A stretch of DNA of 64,000 nucleotides, from contig CAKTVV010000012.1 of NCBI GenBank assembly GCA_934630515.1, forward strand, positions 7,578 to 71,577. The letters are read 5' to 3'. The notes beneath the pieces are model-generated. The model was not told where the DNA came from and did not search any database. It was given only the letters and a program-made list of their open reading frames with translations. The DNA is from an uncultured Eubacteriales bacterium. GTDB taxonomy: Bacteria > Bacillota > Clostridia > Oscillospirales > Acutalibacteraceae. Position 1 is the first letter of the stretch. Each line of letters opens with the position of its first letter. Both the position numbers and the translations under genes were made by a program. Shown here in pieces: positions 8,436 to 17,666 of this stretch.

Positions 8436-9131
8436 ATGTATGAGCAATCCGCACCGGCGCAGCCCGTTCAGCTGCCGCCGGACGAAAACAAGATAGCCGG
8501 TACCGTCGGCGCTTTTCTATTTGCGCTGGTGGGCGGTCTGGCGTTCTACCTGCTGTATCAGGTGGGTAAGCTCGCCGCCATCAGCGGCATCATCGGAGTC
8601 AGCTGCGCTCTGGTGGGCTATCGGCTGTTCGCCAAGCGGGAGAGCCGCTACGGCACGGTGATCGCCGTGGTGATGGCGGCGCTGGTGATCGTGCTGGCGT
8701 GGTACCTGTGTCTGGCACAGGATGTGTACGAAGCCTACAAAGAGTGGTACGAGTCCGGCGATATTGACTATCAGGTGGGGTATTTCACCGCCGTGCGGTA
8801 TGCCTACCGGTTCCTGGAGGAGCCGGACATTGCAAGGGGCTATCTGACGGATCTGATCATCGGGCTGCTGTTGTGCGTGGCGGGCTGGATCGGCACCTTC
8901 GTCAAGTCCTCCAAGCGGACAAAGGCGCAGCCGGCGGATCAGCCCACCGTGCAGCCCGCCCAGCCGATGTATGCACAGCCGGTGTACACCCAGCCGGCAG
9001 CGCCGGCGCAGACCGCCCCCGTCCCGCCGACGGAGTATGCCGCACCGACACAGCCGGCAGCGACGGCTCCGGTGACGGAGCCCACGGCAGCTCCCACCAT
9101 CCTCAACGGCGAGGAGACCACCTCGGTCTGA
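8436..9131 (+). CDS. membrane protein with Pro/Ala/Gln/Thr-rich C-terminal tail
   Basis: AGAGGAG RBS precedes ATG 8436. About four hydrophobic helices. The part of the track ORF upstream of 8436 is antisense to sigK. Confidence 0.7.
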   Translation: MYEQSAPAQPVQLPPDENKIAGTVGAFLFALVGGLAFYLLYQVGKLAAISGIIGVSCALVGYRLFAKRESRYGTVIAVVMAALVIVLAWYLCLAQDVYEAYKEWYESGDIDYQVGYFTAVRYAYRFLEEPDIARGYLTDLIIGLLLCVAGWIGTFVKSSKRTKAQPADQPTVQPAQPMYAQPVYTQPAAPAQTAPVPPTEYAAPTQPAATAPVTEPTAAPTILNGEETTSV

Positions 9132-9218
9132 CCGAAGACAAGCGGCAAGATCGGCGCCCGCAGCAGCTTTTGATCTGTACCCCCAATACTGGACACCCAG
9201 TATTGGGGGTATTGCTAT

Positions 9219-9682
9219 ATGAAATACAGCTATGAGTACAAGCGAATGTGCGTGGAAATGTATCGGGAAGGGAAATGATCAGAAACGCCAGAGGGCATAC
9301 AAGAAGGGAACTTTCACAAAATAATTCGTAAGTGGTTCAGAATAGAAGAATCCTGTGGTCCGGATGCGTTGCGACACAAGATGCAATGCAAGTAGAAGAA
9401 AAGTATGCGCTGGTAGCAAAAGTTCTGGCAGGAGCATCGTACAAAGAAGCAGCATTTTCATCAGGAATAGAAGACAGCCTATTGCGGCAGTGGGTCAAGC
9501 GGTATAAAATAGAGGGGTATGGGGGATTGGCCGGGCAACGAAGAGGACGGCCACCCAAGGAGCCTCAAATGAAAAAGAAAATAGAACCAGCCGAGTTGAC
9601 GCCTTCAGAGCGAGAAGAAATGATTCGGCTTAAGGCGAGTATACCGAGAACTTGTCCGGCGTGGCTTCCCGGTGAATCATAA
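9219..9682 (+). pseudogene. IS3-family transposase OrfA, disrupted
   Basis: MKYSYEYKRMCVEMYREGK, then an in-frame TGA at 9276-9278 where homologs have Trp. The sequence ...SETPEGI...CGPDALRHK follows, then a frameshift into ...EEKYALVAKVLAG...GRPPKEP...LTPSEREEMIRLKA. The remainder is deleted. Confidence 0.75.
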
Positions 9683-9697
9683 GCGGGTGCAGCGTAT

Positions 9698-9886
9698 ATG
9701 GAAACATTCTTTGAACGCCTGAAAAATGAGATGTTTTACGGTTGTGAGAAAGAATACACTTCTTTTGAGATCTTCTCAAAAGCGATCTCAGACTATATTG
9801 ATTACTATAACAACAGAAGAATTCAAGCCAAGACAAAATGGATGCCTCCCGTAAAATTCCGGGAAGCATCCATGATGCGAAACTAA
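9698..9886 (+). pseudogene. IS3-family transposase OrfB, C-terminal fragment only
   Basis: FFERLKNEMFYG...DYIDYYNNRRIQ matches the tail of rve-type IS3 integrases. The catalytic core is absent. Confidence 0.7.
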
Positions 9887-9966
9887 TTGTTCAATTCAAA
9901 TAACAGTGTCCAGAAAACTGGGTACATATCAGTTTCCATGGTGAAAAGCCGGGGCGCTTGTGCGTT

Positions 9967-10860
9967 TCAGCCCGTTTCCAGACTGCGGTAGTTCTTCATG
10001 ATATCGCTGAGAATATCCATGTGGGTGAAATCCCGGTTGTATAAGATCCGGGTCTCCCGCACCATGCTGAGATTTTCGATGGGCAGGGCGGTGAGCTTGC
10101 CCTTTTTCAGCTCATCCAGACAGGCGCTGTGGGGTAGAATGGACACCCCCAGATTCTTACGGATCAGATCCTTGATGGTGGCGATATTGTCCACCTCCAG
10201 CGTGATATTGAAATCCCCCACGGACACATTGTTGCTTTCCAGCGTGGACTCAAACAGCATCCGGGTGGCGGAGGCCGGGGTGCGCAGGATCATCTTCTGC
10301 TTTTTCAGCTCCGCCAGAGTGATGACCCCTTTTTTCGCCAGCGGATGGCTGTTGGAGAGGATACACATAAGATAGTCGGTATCCAGCATGGTGGAGGAGA
10401 ACCGGGAATTGGTGACCGCCCCGTCCACGATAGCGATATCGATCTCGTAATTCTCCAGCATATCATAAAGATTATTTATGGTATCCGTAAAAAGTATGAT
10501 CCGTGTATGGCTCCGCTCGCTGCCGTATTTCGCCAGCGCCGCCGCCGTCAGATTGCTCTCCGAGGTGTGGGTGATCCCCACCCGCAGCACCGACAGATGG
10601 GTCTCGGAGTTCTGCAGCTCTCGCTGCATCTTCTCGTCAAGGGACTTGAACCGGCGGGCATACTTGACGGCGATCTCCCCTTGGGGCGTCAGCTTCAGCC
10701 CCGTGCGGCTGCGCACCAGCAGCGGAGCGCCCAGCTCCGCCTCCAGCTGCTTGATATGGTGGCTGACGGCAGGCTGGGTCATGGACAGCGCCTGCGCCGC
10801 CCGGGTAAAATTCTGCTGCTCCACCACCGTCAGCAGCGTTTCCAATTTACTGTCCAGCAT
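9967..10860 (-). CDS. LysR family transcriptional regulator
   Basis: N-terminal HTH (FTRAAQALSMTQPAVSHHIKQLE) plus a LysR substrate-binding region. Confidence 0.9.
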   Translation of the reverse strand: MLDSKLETLLTVVEQQNFTRAAQALSMTQPAVSHHIKQLEAELGAPLLVRSRTGLKLTPQGEIAVKYARRFKSLDEKMQRELQNSETHLSVLRVGITHTSESNLTAAALAKYGSERSHTRIILFTDTINNLYDMLENYEIDIAIVDGAVTNSRFSSTMLDTDYLMCILSNSHPLAKKGVITLAELKKQKMILRTPASATRMLFESTLESNNVSVGDFNITLEVDNIATIKDLIRKNLGVSILPHSACLDELKKGKLTALPIENLSMVRETRILYNRDFTHMDILSDIMKNYRSLETG

Positions 10861-10905
10861 CGTCGATCATTCCAATCCTTTATCGATAGCAAAGAAAACA
10901 TAATT

Positions 10906-10918
10906 TGCATTTATTGCA
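10906..10918. promoter_or_regulatory. candidate LysR T-N11-A box
   Basis: TGCATTTATTGCA (TGCA-N5-TGCA dyad) in the divergent LysR/antiporter intergenic region. Confidence 0.3.
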
Positions 10919-11000
10919 CGACCAGTATATCATAGGTCTGTTCCTTTGGCAAGAAGCATATAGCTCCTCTGTACCGAAAATCTGCGGAAAGGACGATCCT

Positions 11001-12458
11001 ATGCTGCCACCCTTATATGAAAAGCTGCATATCACCTCCCCTGTCTCCCAAGTCATCATCGCCGTGGCGCTGATGCTCATGGGAGGCTTTCTTGCTACCC
11101 GCCTCACCAAGCGGCTGCGGCTGCCCAACGTGACCGGCTACATCGTCGCCGGGATCCTCATGGGCCCCTTCTGTCTGGATCTGGTGCCGGAGACCATCAT
11201 CGGTGGGATGGATTTCATCGCCGACATTGCGCTGGCGTTCATCGCCTTCAGCACCGGCGAGTATTTTCGGATCGAGACCCTCAAAAAAAGCGGCGCCAAG
11301 GTGCTGGTCATCACCGTGCTGGAGGCGTGTCTGGCGTCGCTGGCGGTGTTTGTCGTCACCTACGGCGTGCTGGGGCTGGAGCTGAATTTTTCTCTGGTGC
11401 TGGGGGCGCTGGCGTCTGCCACCGCCCCCGCCTCCACCATGATGACCATTCGCCAAACCCACGCCCGGGGGGATTTCGTGGACACGCTGCTGCAGGTGGT
11501 GGCGCTGGACGACGTGGTGGGGCTGGTGGCGTATTCCGTCGCCATATCGGTGGCGCTCACCGCCTCGGTCGGACGGTTCAGCGCCGGGAATGTGCTGAAG
11601 CCGCTGCTGATCAACGGGCTGGTGTTTGCGCTGGGCAGCCTGTTTGGAGTGCTGCTCAAATGGCTGCTGCAAAAGCGCTCCACCGACAACCGACTCATCG
11701 TGTCGGTGGCGCTGCTGTTCGCCTTTTGCGGCATCTGCACCCTGTTCGATGTGTCCCCGTTGTTGGGCTGTATGTCCATGGGCATGGTCTACATCAACTG
11801 CACCGGCGACGAGCGGCTGTTCAAGCAGCTCAACTATTTCTCCCCGCCGCTGCTGCTGCTGTTTTTCGTCCGCTCGGGACTGAATTTTGACCTAAAGGCG
11901 CTGTTCAGCCCCTCCGGCTCGGTGGGGGCGGTGCCGCTGCTGGCGGTGGGGGTGCTGTACTTCTTCGTGCGGATCGTGGGCAAATACGCCGGCGCCTTTC
12001 TGGGCTGTCTGGCGGTGAAAAAGGACCGGCTGGTGCGCAACTATCTGGGGCTGGCACTGATCCCTCAGGCGGGGGTCGCCATCGGGCTGGCCGCCATGGG
12101 TGCCCGCACGCTGGGGGGCGAGACCGGACGGGCGCTGGAGACCATCGTGCTGGCGTCCAGCGTGCTCTATGAGCTGATCGGTCCCGCCTGCGCCAAGCTG
12201 TCCCTGTACCTCTCCCATTCCTATTCCACCAAGCTGGAGGAGCTGGTGCCGGAGCCGCTGCCGGAGGACGCCGCTGCCCCGCCGACCGAGGTGGAGCGGC
12301 TCATCGCCCGCATCCACGCCATTCAGGCGGAGCTGCCCCGGCACGAGGACCCCTATTATGAAGATGAAAAAGCATTTTCCGAGGCAGCGGAGGAGCATTA
12401 CGCCCGCATGACGGCGGCGCTGCCCCGCCGCCCCGAAAGGAGGAGAACCCGCTTATGA
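11001..12458 (+). CDS. cation:proton antiporter (CPA family)
   Basis: LPNVTGYIVAGILMGP N-terminal signature and about 12 TM helices. GGAAAGGA RBS precedes ATG 11001. Confidence 0.85.
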   Translation: MLPPLYEKLHITSPVSQVIIAVALMLMGGFLATRLTKRLRLPNVTGYIVAGILMGPFCLDLVPETIIGGMDFIADIALAFIAFSTGEYFRIETLKKSGAKVLVITVLEACLASLAVFVVTYGVLGLELNFSLVLGALASATAPASTMMTIRQTHARGDFVDTLLQVVALDDVVGLVAYSVAISVALTASVGRFSAGNVLKPLLINGLVFALGSLFGVLLKWLLQKRSTDNRLIVSVALLFAFCGICTLFDVSPLLGCMSMGMVYINCTGDERLFKQLNYFSPPLLLLFFVRSGLNFDLKALFSPSGSVGAVPLLAVGVLYFFVRIVGKYAGAFLGCLAVKKDRLVRNYLGLALIPQAGVAIGLAAMGARTLGGETGRALETIVLASSVLYELIGPACAKLSLYLSHSYSTKLEELVPEPLPEDAAAPPTEVERLIARIHAIQAELPRHEDPYYEDEKAFSEAAEEHYARMTAALPRRPERRRTRL

Positions 12459-13195
12459 ATCCTATTCTGTCTCTGACCGACCTCGATCCGCTGGCGAACC
12501 TGCTGGGGGACTGGTCGAAGGAATTGAACACCGGCTCGGTGATCTTCCGGGTGGCGCTGGTGGTGGTGCTGGCGGCGGTCATCGGCTGCGAGCGCTCCAG
12601 CAAGCGCCATTCCGCCGGATTGCGCACCTTCATCCTGATCTCGTTCGCCTCCACGGTGGCGATGCTGCTGGATCTGTTCCTCATGGAGACCCACGGCTGC
12701 CGGCTGCCCCTGCTGTCCGCCGCCACGTTAGCGGCGTCGGCGCTGGTGAGCGTCAATTCCATTCTGTTCAGCTCCCGCAGCCAGATCAAGGGGCTGACCA
12801 CCTCGGCGGGGCTGTGGGCGTGCAGCGTGCTGGGCTTCACCGTGGGGGCAGGGCTGTACACCCTCACGGTGGTGGTGTTTCTGTTCCTGTTGTGCATCCT
12901 TGCCTGCTTCCCCTCCTTTGAGGTATTCCTGAAAAACCGCTCCAACCACTTTGAGATCCATCTGGAGCTGAAGAGCAGCGAATATCTCCGGGATTTCGTC
13001 ACGGTGAGCCGGCGGCTGGGGCTGCGCATCGACGACATCGAGGCGAATCAGGCGTATGTGGGGTCGGGCTTGAGTGTGTACACCATCACCGTCACCATCT
13101 GCAGCCCGGAGCTAAAGAAGTATAAGACCCACCGGGAGGTGGTGGAGGCGCTGCAGTCGCTGGAGTATATTTACCATATCGAAGAATTGACCTGA
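12455..13195 (+). CDS. MgtC/SapB family protein
   Basis: GCERSSKRHSAGLRTF motif. ATGA overlap with the antiporter stop. AAAGGAGGAG RBS. Confidence 0.85.
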   Translation: MNPILSLTDLDPLANLLGDWSKELNTGSVIFRVALVVVLAAVIGCERSSKRHSAGLRTFILISFASTVAMLLDLFLMETHGCRLPLLSAATLAASALVSVNSILFSSRSQIKGLTTSAGLWACSVLGFTVGAGLYTLTVVVFLFLLCILACFPSFEVFLKNRSNHFEIHLELKSSEYLRDFVTVSRRLGLRIDDIEANQAYVGSGLSVYTITVTICSPELKKYKTHREVVEALQSLEYIYHIEELT

Positions 13196-13209
13196 TTGCA
13201 GATTTTTTG

Positions 13210-13238
13210 TTGCCAAGCGACACGATTCGTGTTATAGT
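13210..13238 (+). promoter_or_regulatory. sigma-A-type promoter
   Basis: TTGCCA (13210-13215), a 17-nt spacer, then TGt-TATAGT (13233-13238). Confidence 0.5.
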
Positions 13239-13288
13239 AATGAGGATAAACGGAAGCTCCGGATCTTTGTTACGAGAGGACGTATCGT

Positions 13289-14569
13289 ATGAAACACGCA
13301 AAAGGAAGAAAATGGCTGCCGCTGCTGCTGCTGATCGGCTGTCCGGTGTTCTTGATCGCCGGATTGCTGTTCTATCTCATCGGCGGCAACTGGGCCATGG
13401 GCATATTGCTGGCAATCTTCAGTCTGCTGAGTCTGTCGCTGGCATTGGCGCTGGCGCCGGGTATGAAGCCGCCGGTGCGGCTGGGCGGACGCATCGGCGC
13501 CGGGGTCTTCACCGGGCTGCTGGGGGTGCTGGCGCTGGGCGCCCTGTTCCTAGTGGCGATGCTGAACACCTCCCTGCTGCCCGCCATGAAGACCAAGTAT
13601 GTGCTGCGGTTCTACCAGACCTCCAACCCGTGGCTGGTGTCGGCATTCACGCCCGAGAGCAACATCCAGCGGATCTTTAAGGAAAACGGGGTGGAGGCGC
13701 CGGATGACAGCACCGATATCGGCTCCATCAGCATCACCACCTCCACGGCGCCCACCACCACGGAGAGCGCCCCCTCCACCACGGCAACCACCACTACGAC
13801 CACCACGCAGGCGACGACCACCACCACCCGCAGCCCCGAGGCGGCGAAGCCGGAGGATTATCCCGCCACCGTGATCTTTGAAGAAAACGGGGTCCGGGTG
13901 TCGGAAATCAAGAATGCGAATTTCACCGCCCGGCTGGCGGAGATCAGCGACCCCAAGCGGGTGTCGCTGGGGGTCACCAACCGGTACGGACAGTTCGGGG
14001 AAAAGCTGCTGAATATGTGCCAGCGCACCGACTCCCTGCTGGGCATCAACGCCGGCGGCTTCTACGATCCCAAGGGCTCCGGCAACGGCGGCATCCCCTC
14101 CTACCTGCTCATCCGGGACTATGAGGTGGTATACACCGACGGACAGGAGCGGCATAACGTCATCGGTCTCAACGACGAGGGCGTGCTGATCCTCGGCAAT
14201 TTCACCAACCAGGAGATCAAGGACCACAAGATCAAGGAGGGCACCTGCTTCAAGCCGTATCTGATTGTCAACGGCAAGAAATCCACCTTCTACGGCGAGG
14301 CAGGCGGGCGTGACCCCCGTTCCGCCATCGGGCAGCGCCCGGACGGCACCATCCTGCTGCTCACCGCCGACGGACGGCAGTCCGGCATGGAGGGCGCCAA
14401 TCAGCGGGAGATGGGCAACATCATGGAGGCGTACGGCGCCTATAATGCGGCGGCGCTGGACGGCGGCTCCTCCACCACCATGGTGCTCAACGGGCAGATC
14501 ATCAACAAGCCCTGCTCCCTCTACGGTCCCCGGTATCTGAACACCGCCTGGCTGGTATCCAAGCAATAG
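13289..14569 (+). CDS. phosphodiester glycosidase family protein, membrane-anchored with a Thr-rich linker
   Basis: LGINAGGFYD and RSAIGQRPDGTILLLTADGRQ...ALDGGSSTTMV match the NAGPA/DUF2233 fold signature. N-terminal TM helices and a TTATTTTTTTQATTTTT linker are present. Confidence 0.85.
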   Translation: MKHAKGRKWLPLLLLIGCPVFLIAGLLFYLIGGNWAMGILLAIFSLLSLSLALALAPGMKPPVRLGGRIGAGVFTGLLGVLALGALFLVAMLNTSLLPAMKTKYVLRFYQTSNPWLVSAFTPESNIQRIFKENGVEAPDDSTDIGSISITTSTAPTTTESAPSTTATTTTTTTQATTTTTRSPEAAKPEDYPATVIFEENGVRVSEIKNANFTARLAEISDPKRVSLGVTNRYGQFGEKLLNMCQRTDSLLGINAGGFYDPKGSGNGGIPSYLLIRDYEVVYTDGQERHNVIGLNDEGVLILGNFTNQEIKDHKIKEGTCFKPYLIVNGKKSTFYGEAGGRDPRSAIGQRPDGTILLLTADGRQSGMEGANQREMGNIMEAYGAYNAAALDGGSSTTMVLNGQIINKPCSLYGPRYLNTAWLVSKQ

Positions 14570-14593
14570 ATCCGGGGATAAGCCCCGGTATTT

Positions 14594-14630
14594 TCCGGTC
14601 TGCACCCGACGGTGCGGACCGGATTTTTTT
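14594..14630 (+). terminator. rho-independent terminator
   Basis: Stem TCCGGTCTGCACC / GGTGCGGACCGGA with loop cgac, followed by a 7-T run. Confidence 0.8.
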
Positions 14631-14737
14631 GACTGGCAAAACCCGGAATGAAGAATGAGAATCGGAGCATACGGGAGCAAAAACGAGAGAAAACGAGCGA
14701 TTGAGGGATGTAAATGAAAAATTCCGAATTTTAAGGG

Positions 14738-14766
14738 TTGACAGCGAATTTTGCCTGTGGTATGAT
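14738..14766 (+). promoter_or_regulatory. strong sigma-A promoter of rplM-rpsI
   Basis: TTGACA (14738-14743), a 17-nt spacer, then TGg-TATGAT (14761-14766). Confidence 0.7.
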
Positions 14767-14882
14767 AGCCAACGTTCCGCAGAAAAGCGGCGTCTGTCCC
14801 CGGCTTCTCACGGCCGCAGGGTCCGCACGCCGCCCTGTATGCAAAAATGCAATGCTCAACGCTTAATTAGGAGGAAACTACA
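14767..14882 (+). promoter_or_regulatory. structured 5' leader of rplM (candidate L13-type r-protein leader)
   Basis: A leader of about 115 nt with GC hairpins lies between the promoter and the RBS. L13 leaders are known in Firmicutes; no covariance model was run. Confidence 0.35.
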
Positions 14883-15308
14883 ATGACTTTTATGGCAAAG
14901 GCTGGTCAGGTCGAGCGTAAGTGGTACGTCATCGACGCTGCCGGTAAACCCCTGGGCCGTGTCGCCGTGCAGGCCGCCGTGCTGCTGCGCGGCAAGCACA
15001 AGCCCACCTTCACCCCCCACGTGGATTGCGGTGACAACGTCATCATCATCAACTGCGCTCAGGCCGTGCTGACCGGCAAAAAGCTGGATCAGAAGCTGTG
15101 GCAGCGCCACACCGGCTGGATCGGCAACCTCAAGACCACCAACTACGCCACGCTGATGGCGCAGCGCCCGGAAAAGGCGATGGAGCTGGCTGTGGGCGGC
15201 ATGATCCCCAACAACACCATCGGTCGTGCGGCGGAGACCCGCCTGCACTGCTATGCCGGTGCGGAGCATCCCCACGCATCCCAGAAACCCGAAGCGATCG
15301 AGCTGTAA
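14883..15308 (+). CDS. rplM: 50S ribosomal protein L13
   Basis: KWYVIDAAGKPLGRVA...LLRGKHKPTFTPH signature. AGGAGG RBS. Confidence 0.97.
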   Translation: MTFMAKAGQVERKWYVIDAAGKPLGRVAVQAAVLLRGKHKPTFTPHVDCGDNVIIINCAQAVLTGKKLDQKLWQRHTGWIGNLKTTNYATLMAQRPEKAMELAVGGMIPNNTIGRAAETRLHCYAGAEHPHASQKPEAIEL

Positions 15309-15332
15309 TTGAGATTGAAGGAGGCTATTACA

Positions 15333-15737
15333 ATGGATTACAATGCAAGACCCTTTTTCTATGGCACCGGCCGCCGGAAATCCTCTGTTGCTCGGGTGCG
15401 CCTGTACCAGGGTACCGGTAAGGTGACCATCAACGGTCGTGACATCGACGACTATTTCGGTCTGGAGACGCTGAAGCTGATCGTGCGTCAGCCGCTGGCG
15501 CTGACCGATCTGACCGAGAAATTCGACGTGGAGTGCCGGGTCGCCGGCGGCGGCGTCACCGGTCAGGCGGGCGCTATCCGCCACGGCATCGCCCGTGCGC
15601 TGCTGCAGTACGACAGCGAGAATCTGCGTTCCTCTCTGAAGAAAGCGGGCTTCCTGACCCGTGACCCTCGTATGAAGGAGCGGAAGAAGTACGGTCTGAA
15701 GGCTGCCCGCCGGGCTCCTCAGTTCAGCAAGCGCTGA
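15333..15737 (+). CDS. rpsI: 30S ribosomal protein S9
   Basis: [15 protein letters not shown] and a C-terminal ...[23 protein letters not shown] precedes ATG 15333. Confidence 0.97.
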   Translation: MDYNARPFFYGTGRRKSSVARVRLYQGTGKVTINGRDIDDYFGLETLKLIVRQPLALTDLTEKFDVECRVAGGGVTGQAGAIRHGIARALLQYDSENLRSSLKKAGFLTRDPRMKERKKYGLKAARRAPQFSKR

Positions 15738-15770
15738 TCGACGCTATCCGTATACAAGCCGATCTCTGCA

Positions 15771-15803
15771 CCCGGACAGGTACGCCTGTCCGGGTGTTTT
15801 TTT
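15771..15803 (+). terminator. rho-independent terminator of rpsI
   Basis: Stem CCCGGACAGG / CCTGTCCGGG with loop tacg, followed by TGTTTTTTT. Confidence 0.85.
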
Positions 15804-15977
15804 CTATATTCGGCTTCTGTCCCCCGGCATCGATCGCTCCGCAGCAGCCCGGCACAAGGGCGGTCTGCTGCGCCGCCGGCGCCGGTCTCGCCTACCGCCG
15901 CTGTATGGGACAGCCGCAGCGCTCCCGCCCTCCGACAGAAAACATCATTTTACAGCAGGCAGCGCCTGCGCATAGCC

Positions 15978-16014
15978 AAAAAAGCCCCGCCGCTCATACA
16001 TGAGCGGCGGGGCT
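15978..16014 (-). terminator. rho-independent terminator of the 22032-16081 operon
   Basis: 14-bp stem AGCCCCGCCGCTCA / TGAGCGGCGGGGCT, followed by a T run on the minus strand. Confidence 0.75.
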
Positions 16015-16060
16015 TTGATGAAACGCTCCGAAACAAGGGAGGGAGTTCGGAACGCAGAGG
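16015..16060 (-). repeat. 3'-UTR motif, copy B (anti-SD-like CUCCCUCCCUU core)
   Basis: The plus strand reads tccgaaacaagggagggagttcggaacgcagagg (16027-16060). TCCGAA and TTCGGA can pair and would leave the C/U-rich core in a 13-nt loop on the minus-sense RNA. Confidence 0.6.
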
Positions 16061-16080
16061 TAAGCGGAGATCCGGTGCGG

Positions 16081-16989
16081 TCACGCCGCAGCGGTCAGCA
16101 CATCCTGCACGCTGCGGGTCAGTATAGCGCCGTAGATATACTGCACGGCGCCCTCACCGTCGTAGTAGGCGATATACGGGCGGATATTCACCGCCGTGCC
16201 CGCCGCCTTTTCGGGGATATTCACCACCGTCACCGCATACTGCACCGTGCCGGCAGCCACATCATAGGCCTTCTTTGCCTCTACATCCTTGATGTAGTTG
16301 GTGTTGGCGCCCGCTACCAGCTCCTCGGCGGTCGCCTTGTCCGCCCGGGCAACCACCGCCCCGATGCGGGCAACGGTCCGTGCTGCACCGTTCACGGTGA
16401 CCGTGGCGGCGGAGTAGTCCACCTCATAGCCGCCATCTGTTTTGTAGGCGGCACCGGCGCATTGCGCCTCTACGATGAACCGCAGCGCATAGGGTGCCTC
16501 GCCCGCCCGCAGCTGGGCGCCCAGCGCCCGGGTGAGAGGCGCCGTCGTCAGCTTTCCGTTCACGATGGAGATGTTCTCCACCAACTGAGTGGCGCTGGCT
16601 GCCAGCTGCGCCGTCACCGCAATATCCGCATCGGCATTCACCGTCGCCGTGACCGTCAGGGTCAGCGCCGCCTTGCCGTTCAGATCCACCAGCTGGATCT
16701 TGTTGGCGGACAGGGTGTAGTTGTCGTCCCGGGTCAGTGTGATGTCCTCGGAGGCGACGCTCTTGAACACCACCCCGGCGGTGCCGGTGATGGTGACATC
16801 CATGCCCTTGACGCCCTCAAAATTGGTCAGCTGCACCTGAAAGGTCGTTTCCCCGCCGGGGGCGACGGGAGCGCTGTCGTTGCCCACCACCGTGATGGTG
16901 GGGGCGGCGTCCGCCAGCGCCGTCAGGCTCAGCATCGAAAACGCCAGCACCAGTGCCAGAAAAAAGGCTGCAAATTGTTTTTGCTTCAT
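16081..16989 (-). CDS. secreted beta-rich protein (possible cohesin-like N-terminal module)
   Basis: AGGAGG RBS precedes ATG 16989. Signal peptide MKQKQFAAFFLALVLAFSMLSLTALADA. The stretch APGGETTFQVQLTNFEGVKGMDVTITG resembles a cohesin first strand. Confidence 0.7.
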   Translation of the reverse strand: MKQKQFAAFFLALVLAFSMLSLTALADAAPTITVVGNDSAPVAPGGETTFQVQLTNFEGVKGMDVTITGTAGVVFKSVASEDITLTRDDNYTLSANKIQLVDLNGKAALTLTVTATVNADADIAVTAQLAASATQLVENISIVNGKLTTAPLTRALGAQLRAGEAPYALRFIVEAQCAGAAYKTDGGYEVDYSAATVTVNGAARTVARIGAVVARADKATAEELVAGANTNYIKDVEAKKAYDVAAGTVQYAVTVVNIPEKAAGTAVNIRPYIAYYDGEGAVQYIYGAILTRSVQDVLTAAA

Positions 16990-17021
16990 GTCGATTCCTC
17001 CTAACTTAGTTGTATATATAT

Positions 17022-17666
17022 TTATTCCTCTACGGAATACACCACATTGTCCAATGCCGAGAGCTGGGACACATCCATATCGATCCGCTTGTCGATGACC
17101 ACATTGATGCCCACATTGCCCTGAATCCCGCTCTTGGGAGCGAAGATCTGGTAGGTGAAGCACTCCGGTATGGCTTTTTCCAGCGCCCGCACCACATCGT
17201 TCACCCGATAGGCGTCGTCGATCTCCACATAGATCACCTCGGCGGACTTGCGCTTGCGCTCAAACCGGGCGAACAGCACGATGGTGGTCAGGAAAAGCAT
17301 CGTCACCACCACAGCCCCCACATAATATCCGTACCCCAGCGCCACGCCGATGGTGGCGGTGGTCCACACCCCCGCCGCCGTCGTCAGCCCGGTGATGATA
17401 TTATTGGATTTGAGGATGATCATGCCTGCGCCCAGAAAGCCGATGCCCGACACCACCTGCGCCGGAATCCGGAACACATCGCCGCTGCCCAGAAAACTGT
17501 GGACAAACATGCTGGTCATAGCGGTCATGCAGGAGCCCAGACACACCAGGATATGGGTGCGCATCCCTGCCGCCCGTCCGTGCCGGGCACGCTCGCTACC
17601 AATAAGACCGCCGATCACCACCGCCGCCAGCGCCCGCATCACCGTTTGTAAAAGCATTTCTTTCAT
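17022..17666 (-). CDS. MgtC/SapB family protein
   Basis: GSERARHGRAAGMRTH motif. ATG 17666 overlaps the upstream stop (ATGA). Confidence 0.85.
   Translation of the reverse strand: MKEMLLQTVMRALAAVVIGGLIGSERARHGRAAGMRTHILVCLGSCMTAMTSMFVHSFLGSGDVFRIPAQVVSGIGFLGAGMIILKSNNIITGLTTAAGVWTTATIGVALGYGYYVGAVVVTMLFLTTIVLFARFERKRKSAEVIYVEIDDAYRVNDVVRALEKAIPECFTYQIFAPKSGIQGNVGINVVIDKRIDMDVSQLSALDNVVYSVEE

Larger units (their letters stand above)
9176..9926 (+). mobile_element. degraded IS3-family (IS150-like) insertion sequence remnant
   Basis: Terminal inverted repeats are TGTACCCCCAATACTGGACAC (9176-9196) and the reverse complement of 9906-9926, TGTACCCAGTTTTCTGGACAC (15 of 21 match). The interior carries OrfA and OrfB remnants and is visibly AT-richer. 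Confidence 0.75.

Noticed and set aside
8286-8447. A longer sigK ORF starting at 8447.
   Set aside because: The extra 54 codons overlap the divergent promoter region and have no SigK homology. ATG 8285 has a GGAAAGGGGAG RBS and yields the expected pro-sequence.
15794-16003. A 69-aa plus-strand ORF after rpsI.
   Set aside because: It starts inside the T tract of the rpsI terminator, has no RBS, and runs into the convergent operon's terminator. Its composition is Ala/Pro/Gln-rich.
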